A DNA stretch of 63,227 nucleotides, the filler included, from Collodictyon triciliatum (lineage: Eukaryota): NCBI GenBank assembly GCA_043381765.1. It is 11 parts of 11 records of this genome, joined end to end, with 100 filler letters (N's around TTAATTAATTAA, not from the genome) between each part and the next. Parts side by side here need not be neighbours in the genome. Positions count along the whole stretch, not along the records: positions 40,309 to 45,963 come from JBHJMP010005042.1; positions 46,064 to 51,718 come from JBHJMP010005043.1; positions 51,819 to 57,473 come from JBHJMP010005044.1; 8 more parts are not named here. One strand, written 5' to 3'. How positions within the stretch are numbered: position 1 is the first letter of the stretch; each line of letters starts with the position of its first letter. This document shows positions 44,601 through 51,981 of the stretch, piece after piece. The position numbers and the translations under genes were made by a program. Below the pieces are notes generated by a model, which was not told the DNA's origin, searched no databases, and saw only the letters and a program-made list of their open reading frames with translations.

Positions 44601-45830
44601 TTAGACTTTATTTTCTGAATTCACTTAAGCATCATGACATCGCACCTGCATTTTGAATGTTTTTTTCATGTATGGGTGTATTTAATGGCACTTGGTATTA
44701 AGAGGATTCTCTTTCATTTACACATTCTGCAGACATCGATGATAGCTTCTACCGTGAATCGGTTTGTCAAACTCATCACCAACGCAGCAAGAAATACTTC
44801 ACGGCTTCAAGTACTTGGCGAACCACAATTTTTGAAAAAAAAAATCTTGACTACATCTCGAACAATAATGAGCTATTAAATTAACTATATCATCTATCTT
44901 TTTTTTTTTTTTTTGTAATCTCAGTGAGTTCCATTAGATAATGAGTGATAATTTCTTTCCTGCCTGTAGTTCATCGAGTCTAGATTGATTACCACACGCG
45001 TGCTATCTTCGTTAATTGTATTATGGGGAAGCAATCAAGCCGATTTACTCTGTTCCGTGCTTGACTCTCTCAAGACAACTATGACAATCAATGAAGTAAT
45101 TATGTGCATCGCAAAAGACATGTTACTTGGACTCATTAATTTTACGTTTGTCGTAATGCTGAACCGAAACATCTAATAAAAGTTTTATAAATGAGTACAT
45201 TCCAATTTCAAAACAAAGCCGATAACTTTTGGTCCATGTTTCCCGATCATTTTTTTTTATATTCTTACATAATTTAACAAGTAATAATTTTAGGCCAAAG
45301 TTTTGTTCCTTAAATATAATGGGACTTCTGTGTTACTACGGCACTTAAATCAACCAAACCCGGCCATACTCGAAAAAGTCGTAACTTTGTATCTCAGTTT
45401 AACTATCGAGAGTGGTGAGTAGGATTGCGTTACATATTTCATTACCAACAAAGTGGGGATTACAAAACCCCGCTAAAGAATGGGCATACTTTATTTCACT
45501 CTGAAATATATCGCTTCTCATTCTTTCAGAGTTTCTGAACCATTTCCTCGGCCTTTGTTTGAATGAGGATTTCTTCAAGGGCTGTGAGAATGCATTAAGC
45601 TCCAATATTCAAAGTGTACAGGAAAGTCTGTCAGTTGTCCTCCAAAAAGTTAGCAAGCAAAGGTTTTTCTATTTCGATTTGCTCAATTAAAATCCTCTCA
45701 TTTTGGTATATCAGGATTCATACGTATGGATAGCAAAACTATTCGTATTCTATTCTAATGAATTACATAACTCTTCAATTTAGAGGCGCTCATCGTTACT
45801 TTCAGGTGGAAATATTTTGCATAATTGACC
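41673..45830 (+). CDS. CCDC138-like coiled-coil protein, multi-exon
   Basis: ATG 41673 (MADEQEH), S-rich N-terminus and coiled coil, then LSSLIVLWGSNQADLLCSVLDSL, AKVLFLKYNGTSVLLRHL, FLGLCLNEDFFKGC, ESLSVVLQKVSK, which match my recollection of the conserved CCDC138 C-terminal region. Confidence 0.6.
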
Positions 45831-45863
45831 TTGATTGAGTTTTATTCTCATCCTCGCATGATT

Positions 45864-45963
45864 GATAATAATAAAGATAATAATAAAGATAATAATAAAG
45901 ATAATAATAAAGATAATAATAAAGATAATAATAAAGATAATAATAAAGATAATAATAAAGATA
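45864..45963 (+). repeat. (GATAATAATAAA)n 12-bp repeat
   Basis: Directly visible at the contig end. Confidence 0.9.
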
Positions 45964-46076
45964 NNNNNNNNNNNNNNNNNNNNNNNNNNNNNNNNNNNNN
46001 NNNNNNNTTAATTAATTAANNNNNNNNNNNNNNNNNNNNNNNNNNNNNNNNNNNNNNNNNNNNTCTAGTCTTAGAT

Positions 46077-46241
46077 ATGCTACGACTATATACAATGGAG
46101 GGTGAAATGCTCTTTGCTACTTTTGAAGAACTGAAAGAATACTTTGACAAACTCGAGGCATTAAGAAAAAAGGGCAGGAAGAAGAAGGGGCCGCATATGT
46201 ACGGTATCATAGAAGGGCCGGTCAGAGTTAACTTTGATTAA
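46077..46241 (+). CDS. Small basic orphan protein (54 aa from first ATG; may extend beyond contig start)
   Basis: MLRLYTMEGEMLFATFEELKEYFDKLEALRKKGRKKKGPHMYGIIEGPVRVNFD*; below the ORF-track cutoff; the frame is open back to the contig start. Confidence 0.5.
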   Translation: MLRLYTMEGEMLFATFEELKEYFDKLEALRKKGRKKKGPHMYGIIEGPVRVNFD

Positions 46242-46317
46242 CCTAATATGGTATGATTGTGTTTTTATATATTAGTTATTAGATAGAAGTCCCTGAACCA
46301 TCGATTGTATACGGCAG

Positions 46318-46347
46318 ACACTGACACTGAAATTCCAGTGTCAGTGT
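46318..46347. other. Perfect inverted repeat (12-bp stem, 6-nt loop)
   Basis: ACACTGACACTG-aaattc-CAGTGTCAGTGT. Confidence 0.9.
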
Positions 46348-46396
46348 GTGAATTTCTTGCGCTAACCCCAAACCACTTTTACTTAAAAACCTCTAT

Positions 46397-46404
46397 AAAA
46401 TTGA
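46397..46404 (+). promoter_or_regulatory. Mimivirus-type early promoter motif AAAATTGA
   Basis: Exact AAAATTGA ending 46 nt before the TVpol-helicase ATG; related motifs precede the other element genes. Confidence 0.55.
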
Positions 46405-46450
46405 AACTTTAAAAAGAGGCTTAAAAACAATTAAACATAGCTTTATAAAA

Positions 46451-48856
46451 ATGACGACTTCTATTACAAAATACGAGATATTTGACCGTACGATAGCTAA
46501 TCGCCTGCTGAAGGAAGATGACTCTATTGTGACTGCGGAAGAAAAGAAAACAATTACAAAGCTACTTCGCAAGACAAAAAAAAATCTTCTGGAGGTAAAA
46601 TACAACTACGCTAAGGGATACGAGAATCTGAAAGTAGGACGAATGTATCCAAGTGGTCTGCAATCTTTAGGTTGTATGAACGGCAATATAGTTAGGAGTC
46701 CCATGTGTGAGCAATATTATTTTGATATAGACCAAGTAAATGCGCATTACAACATTGCTTATCAATATGCTGATAAACGTGGTATTGAGTGCAAGCATAT
46801 AAAACTGTATTGTGAGAATCGAGAGGAGAGCCTAGGCAAGGTGATGGAAGATTTTGGAATAGATCGTTTCGATGCCAAGATATTGTTTTTAAAGATTGCT
46901 TACGGTGGTAATCTGCCAGATGACGTGCCTGAAATGACAAAACCAATACCTAATGAAAAGCTATTGGGGGCTCTGCCTAAATTGAAAGACGAAATGGAAA
47001 TGTTGGCTGATTATGTTTGGTTGAATAATGTGAATTGGCATAACCTTAGTGTGAAAGGACGTAAGTTGAAAGATAGTGGTCCCAATAAGAAGTTTAAAAT
47101 GTTGTCTCTATTTTTACAAACAGAAGAACGTAAAATTCTTGAGGCCATGAACAAGTACTTCACGGACCAAGGTCGGTCAGTGGACGTCCTTATTCATGAC
47201 GGGTGCATGATTCGTAAAAATGAAGGAGAACTGTGCTTTCCTCGTGAGCTGATGTATACATGCGAAGAGTTTGTAAAAGAGTTTACTGGTTATTCGGTAA
47301 AGTTGGAAGAAAAACCGATTGTGTTTGATTGGGAATTTAAAGAACAAGAAACAACGTCAAGTACTGGTTTTTGGAAGAATCATTTTATGATGAATGGCAG
47401 ACTTTTGAAGGAGAGTCCGTTGTTAGAAAGGCCTGTTGTAATATCACACCCTCAAACCTATGTAATGAAGTACAATGAAGAATTTCCTTGTCAAGCAAAA
47501 GAAATCTTTGATATGATATGCAGTTTTCCAGAACGTGAGTATGATACGTATGGGTTTCATCCGTATGGCAAAGAGTGTCCTTCGAAAGTGTACAATACTT
47601 TTAATGGTTTTGAGTGGACCAAATTATATGATCGACCCGGTAAATTGTCCAACAAAGATTATTACTCGTTGATAGAAGAAATTACCGAAAGACCTGTTAG
47701 CCTTGAGGACACACGTAACTGGAAGAATTCAAAAACAAGGTGGCAGATTGAAGACATTATGTGTCATGACGACAATCCAGAAAAAAAAAATTATAACATC
47801 AAGTACTTTATTAATATCCTGGGTAATAGATTGTTTGCCCCAACAAAGCCATGTGAGAAAGTTCTGTGTTTGAGGAATAACATGGGAGGTTCGGGAAAGA
47901 CGGGTCTCATCGAAAGAAGTTTTGCCGAAAAGTTGCTAGGAGAGGAATATTTTACTTCACAGTCATCTGCAAAGCACGTATTTGGTGACTTTAATGCAAG
48001 CATAGCATCGAAACTGTTTATTTTATGTGAAGAGGCAGAGACAAAAGACACAAAAGAATTTACTGCTAACATCAAAGCTGCAGTAACCCGTAAGCGCAAC
48101 CCTATAAGATTAATGAAGACAGACATATTCAATGAGCAAAATTATTGTGTGTACATTGCGAATACCAATAAGCAAACAGCTTTTGAGTTTGACCCAAAGA
48201 ATCACCGTCGATTCCCACAGATTGATTGTAAAGAGTATCAATTAAGTCAAGAGGAAATTAAAGTTCTAAGAGACGAAACAGATAACCCGTATTACAACAG
48301 ATTGTTTTTTGAGTACATACTGCGCATGTATGATCCCAACTTTAACTTTGAGAAACATCCAGAGACTGAATCTGTCAAGAAACTTGTAGAGCGCTATAAG
48401 GATCCATTCATACAGTTTTTTGAGATAACACTGTACCATTGGGACGACTTTTATAATGAGAAATATCGAGACCCACGCGAATTCAAAAAGTACGACCTGG
48501 ATAAAAAAGCTGAGTGGGAAATTAAAGCAGAAGAGTATTGGCAATTGTTTATTAGTATCAGCAACGATATGGTTTCAAAGAAATACGCTGAAAGTATTCC
48601 GTTTGCTTCTTTCAGACAAAACGAACATTTGTTAGATTTGATGAAAACGTATCCTTTATACTTTAAAAAAACTGTTGTGACTTACTTGAAAAAGGGTGAA
48701 ACAAAAAAACAATTAGGCACGTACTATACAATTAATCTTGGAAAGTTTCGTGAGTTTTACAATCTAGAGTTTATTTCAAAAGAAAGCATGCGAACACTCG
48801 ACGACTATGCAGAGAGTGCTGCCAAGAAACAAAAAGTTCTACATGACCAAGAATAA
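46451..48856 (+). CDS. TVpol (family A-like primase-polymerase) fused to superfamily 3 (D5-like) helicase, 801 aa
   Basis: GRMYP..SL..VR; motif A YYFDIDQVNAH; motif B RFDAKILFLKIAYGG; LFLQTEERKIL; motif C VLIHDGCMI; helicase Walker A GGSGKT, Walker B FILCEE, motif C IANTNK, arginine finger RRF. Confidence 0.88.
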   Translation: MTTSITKYEIFDRTIANRLLKEDDSIVTAEEKKTITKLLRKTKKNLLEVKYNYAKGYENLKVGRMYPSGLQSLGCMNGNIVRSPMCEQYYFDIDQVNAHYNIAYQYADKRGIECKHIKLYCENREESLGKVMEDFGIDRFDAKILFLKIAYGGNLPDDVPEMTKPIPNEKLLGALPKLKDEMEMLADYVWLNNVNWHNLSVKGRKLKDSGPNKKFKMLSLFLQTEERKILEAMNKYFTDQGRSVDVLIHDGCMIRKNEGELCFPRELMYTCEEFVKEFTGYSVKLEEKPIVFDWEFKEQETTSSTGFWKNHFMMNGRLLKESPLLERPVVISHPQTYVMKYNEEFPCQAKEIFDMICSFPEREYDTYGFHPYGKECPSKVYNTFNGFEWTKLYDRPGKLSNKDYYSLIEEITERPVSLEDTRNWKNSKTRWQIEDIMCHDDNPEKKNYNIKYFINILGNRLFAPTKPCEKVLCLRNNMGGSGKTGLIERSFAEKLLGEEYFTSQSSAKHVFGDFNASIASKLFILCEEAETKDTKEFTANIKAAVTRKRNPIRLMKTDIFNEQNYCVYIANTNKQTAFEFDPKNHRRFPQIDCKEYQLSQEEIKVLRDETDNPYYNRLFFEYILRMYDPNFNFEKHPETESVKKLVERYKDPFIQFFEITLYHWDDFYNEKYRDPREFKKYDLDKKAEWEIKAEEYWQLFISISNDMVSKKYAESIPFASFRQNEHLLDLMKTYPLYFKKTVVTYLKKGETKKQLGTYYTINLGKFREFYNLEFISKESMRTLDDYAESAAKKQKVLHDQE

Positions 48857-48875
48857 ATGACTTAGTCCACACAAT

Positions 48876-49310
48876 TTATTGATAATCGTCAGGTGTAGGT
48901 GTTGATTTGAGAGAGTAAGAAATTTTAGGGGGAGAGTCAGGAGGGGTCAGGGCTTTACGGACGCGTTCCGCAGCAGCAATCAGAGAATTAGGGCTGCCAG
49001 ATTCGAGTGAAGAGTTTAGAGAACTTGAAGAGGTTCCTGAGTAATCAACGAGGGGCATCATGGCAGGCGCTTCGACGATTTGAAATTCATGCGAGCCATT
49101 GGTTTGCTTTCTTCGTGATTTTCTATTCACGTATGACTTGTGGTTGCTTCTGCGGAGTCTCCTGGCGATTTCTACCATTTGTCGCACGGCGTCCAGGTTT
49201 TCTCCCCATTCGATAAAACACAGGTAGTTGAGTCGTGCTAGTTCTTCTCCAGTCAGCGTGCGGGTGGTCATGTCGCTCATCTGTTCTTCTCTGTTGACGG
49301 TGCGGGCCAT
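48876..49310 (-). CDS. Orphan protein (~144 aa) with S/P-rich C-terminus
   Basis: ATG at 49310 (MARTVNREEQ...) inside ORF 48876..49427; GC-richer coding-like composition; divergent from the integrase. Confidence 0.6.
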   Translation of the reverse strand: MARTVNREEQMSDMTTRTLTGEELARLNYLCFIEWGENLDAVRQMVEIARRLRRSNHKSYVNRKSRRKQTNGSHEFQIVEAPAMMPLVDYSGTSSSSLNSSLESGSPNSLIAAAERVRKALTPPDSPPKISYSLKSTPTPDDYQ

Positions 49311-49400
49311 TGTTTGCTTAAAGTACTTATCAATTATAACGTAAGGTAAAATTGTCTTTAAGCTGCGTTTTTTACACAAAAAAAAATTATTCTTTATGTA

Positions 49401-50855
49401 ATGAGCAACGCAAGCACTAGTGACCAATACAACGAGAAGCTACAGAAAAGGTACAACGAGCCAGGGCAAGTAAACAGCGTCGAAGCGATGTATCGCCATT
49501 TCAACAAAGAAATACCTCGCAGTTACATTGAGGCTTGGATGAAAAAGAATCCCTATCAACAAATTAGCAAGCCTGCTTACAAAAGCAAGGACGTGACGTC
49601 CTTCAATGTTACCGACCCAAGTTACGCCCAAATAGATTTGATCTACACCAAGGGACTTTATCCAGAAGACCATACTGGAGTGAAATACAATTATCTAATG
49701 ACATGTGTTGTGCTTTTGACACGCAAGGTGTTTTTGTATCCGCTGATTGATAAGACTCTGGCCGAAAGCAAAAAGGCTGTGCTCGAATTCAAAAAAGATT
49801 ACCCTGCGTTAAAAGTTATTCAAAGCGACAATGGCACAGAGTTCAAGTACGAGAAAGCATGGCTACAAGAACACGGCCTCAAGCAAGTCAAGTCGAGTCC
49901 GTACAACCCTACGAGTCAGGCCTATGTGGAGCGCATGAATAGTGTGGTAAAGAATAGTCTCTACAAGTACCATCAAAAGACAGGAGCTACTATTACAAAA
50001 GAAGTGCTAGAAAAAACTGCAGACAGCATTAACGATCAGCCGAATCGTGACACCGGGGTGATTCCTAACAATGCGGCCACGAAAGAAAATCTGACAAAGC
50101 TTATAGAAGCTAACCAGAAAAAATTAGACCGGTCTGCTACATCCGCTAAGGACGACTTGCTAGAAATTGGACAGCTAGTCAGGGTGAACCTGAAGAAAAC
50201 AAATTTGACAACGCAAGAGCGTAATAAATTCAAGACCAATAAAAACTGGATCCCAAAATTCACTGTTGCGTTGTTTGAGATAGTGAGCAGAGAAGTTTCA
50301 AAGGATGGCTTTAAAGCCCCGACATATAAACTGAAGGCACTGAAAGAAAGTGATAAGGAAATATTGAAGGGAAAGAAATTTCTGCGCAGAGACCTACAGC
50401 CTGTAGACAAAGACACAGACAAAGAATTTACACCAAAGGTTGATTTGCTAAAGCGTGACGCTGCTAGTGTAAAAAAGAAGAGGGGGCCGTATCTGGCTTC
50501 GAACGTACAGAGCGCTCGAGCTGACTTTGATAAGAACGTGTGGACACCAGACACAAAGAATTTCACAAACCGCACTGGCAAGAATGCTCCAAGCAAGCCA
50601 GGGCGTCAAGCTGAGCTTGATAGGCTAGAACCGAAAGTCAAGGAAGCATATGAAGCGTTTGTTACTAAACACGGAGACAATCCTAAAATGACAACGCTAC
50701 AAACTAAAAACTTTAATAAGCTAAAAAGGATTATAGGCTCTTTATTGCGAGTTCAGCCTTCGGAAGAAGTAGCTGTAAGCAAACCAATCACCGTCGAGCA
50801 AATCAAGCCGATCAAGCGTCGGAAGATGACCGTGGTTTCTTCGCAGGCCTCTTAG
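49401..50855 (+). CDS. Retroviral-like (rve) DDE integrase, Polinton/Maverick type, 484 aa
   Basis: YAQIDL (D1), IQSDNGTEF (D2), SQAYVERMN (E; 33 residues between D2 and E); Polinton-style N-terminus (YNEP..SVEAMY...IEAWM...YQQ) and C-terminal IGQLVRV...FEIV...PTYKL...FLRRDLQPV. Confidence 0.92.
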   Translation: MSNASTSDQYNEKLQKRYNEPGQVNSVEAMYRHFNKEIPRSYIEAWMKKNPYQQISKPAYKSKDVTSFNVTDPSYAQIDLIYTKGLYPEDHTGVKYNYLMTCVVLLTRKVFLYPLIDKTLAESKKAVLEFKKDYPALKVIQSDNGTEFKYEKAWLQEHGLKQVKSSPYNPTSQAYVERMNSVVKNSLYKYHQKTGATITKEVLEKTADSINDQPNRDTGVIPNNAATKENLTKLIEANQKKLDRSATSAKDDLLEIGQLVRVNLKKTNLTTQERNKFKTNKNWIPKFTVALFEIVSREVSKDGFKAPTYKLKALKESDKEILKGKKFLRRDLQPVDKDTDKEFTPKVDLLKRDAASVKKKRGPYLASNVQSARADFDKNVWTPDTKNFTNRTGKNAPSKPGRQAELDRLEPKVKEAYEAFVTKHGDNPKMTTLQTKNFNKLKRIIGSLLRVQPSEEVAVSKPITVEQIKPIKRRKMTVVSSQAS

Positions 50856-51393
50856 ATTTCTTTATCTCAGTACTGATCTCCTTAGCCAGGGCTACAAGCT
50901 CGTCTGGCTTTTTCTCTCTTTTTTGCGCTTCATCTTTGTCTTCTTCTTGAAGCATTTTTTCAACCTTGGCTACAACTTTGCGTTTCTCTGCACGGGCTGG
51001 GGCATTCTCTATATGTTTTTTCAATCCTTTTTCTCGCTTAGCCTGGTTAGCTTCATCGGACTGTCGATAAATGTCTCCAATGTCCTTTGTGTTGTTTGTC
51101 CAACTTTTGCCATAATTAGTCATACCCAATACTTTGCCTTCTTGATCTTTCCAGAGAGCGTCTCCCACTTCATTCTGAATCAGAGACACAAACCCTTGGT
51201 TGACCTTGGCTGGATATTCCTTGTCTTTGTACGTGCGAGCTTTTACTTCGTACATAATGTAGTCACCTTTCTTGAGGTCACTGTATTGAACCTTTGTGTA
51301 ATCTTTGTCGTCGGTGGGCAAGGCAGTCTTGGTCTTGGGTTTCTTGGCGTCGTCTTCGCTGGGGGTTTTGCGGACATACTTGCGGGGCGGCAT
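50812..51393 (-). CDS. Lysine-rich orphan protein, 193 aa, possible SH3/Tudor-like beta-barrel
   Basis: Clean ATG-start ORF MPPRKYVRK...; central DLKKGDYIMY...GFVS...LGMTNYGKSW..DIYRQ; 3' end overlaps the integrase by 44 bp. Confidence 0.7.
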   Translation of the reverse strand: MPPRKYVRKTPSEDDAKKPKTKTALPTDDKDYTKVQYSDLKKGDYIMYEVKARTYKDKEYPAKVNQGFVSLIQNEVGDALWKDQEGKVLGMTNYGKSWTNNTKDIGDIYRQSDEANQAKREKGLKKHIENAPARAEKRKVVAKVEKMLQEEDKDEAQKREKKPDELVALAKEISTEIKKSKRPAKKPRSSSDA

Positions 51394-51576
51394 ACTGAAT
51401 GAATGATAATGATTTTATAAAACAAACGCGTTTCAATTTACAAAAGTTGCTCGTGCCTATATACTCAGAAGATGGATATATATGGAAGGTAAGCGTTAAT
51501 TGAGGGTGTAATGTTTTGTGGTCAAGGGGCGAGACAGTATATAAACCCCTGAAATTTTGAGGTTCACAAGGTTCGC

Positions 51577-51619
51577 TGTGGAATTTGTAACTCCATAATA
51601 GATAGTTACAAATTCCACA
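51577..51619. other. Perfect inverted repeat (16-bp stem, 11-nt loop)
   Basis: TGTGGAATTTGTAACT-ccataatagat-AGTTACAAATTCCACA. Confidence 0.92.
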
Positions 51620-51828
51620 TAAATCTTATAATTTTTGAAGTGGGGCTGCCATTCACTGCGCTGGATAAAATCTTTTCCTGGGAAAATTCAGATGTTTGGA
51701 TAAATCCTTTTTCTAATTNNNNNNNNNNNNNNNNNNNNNNNNNNNNNNNNNNNNNNNNNNNNTTAATTAATTAANNNNNNNNNNNNNNNNNNNNNNNNNN
51801 NNNNNNNNNNNNNNNNNNGTGTGTGTTT

Positions 51829-51882
<54 letters not shown>

Positions 51883-51981
51883 AAGAGTGCATTAATTGCT
51901 AATTTTCTGGAAGCGAAAAGCGAACGTAATCAAAGAATATTCGTTCACAGATTCAAACTACAAGTGTTGGGCAATCATAGG

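Larger units (their letters stand above)
46064..51718. mobile_element. Virophage/Polinton-like-virus/transpoviron-related element (TVpol-SF3 helicase + rve integrase), possibly partial
   Basis: Whole contig is intronless, tightly packed (19 bp and 90 bp intergenic gaps, one 44 bp overlap) and lacks the microsatellites seen in every other contig; encodes viral-type replication and integration proteins. Confidence 0.88.

Noticed and set aside
49401-50855. LTR retrotransposon or bacterial IS3/IS481 interpretation of the integrase
   Set aside because: No RT, gag, protease, LTRs or IS terminal repeats; the N- and C-terminal motifs are Polinton-like and the neighbour is a TVpol-helicase.
50036-51402. 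Antisense ORFs 50036..50596 (-) and 50923..51402 (+), also 23964..24584 (+) and 61953..62423 (+)
   Set aside because: Shadow frames of well-supported genes on the opposite strand.
46064-51718. Terminal inverted repeats between the two contig ends
   Set aside because: The two ends are not reverse complements of each other; the element termini are not captured.
45864-51860. Idea that the viral-like element is inserted between the CCDC138-like and ODF3-like genes
   Set aside because: Both junctions are artificial linkers between size-sorted contigs; no TSD or host flank is visible.
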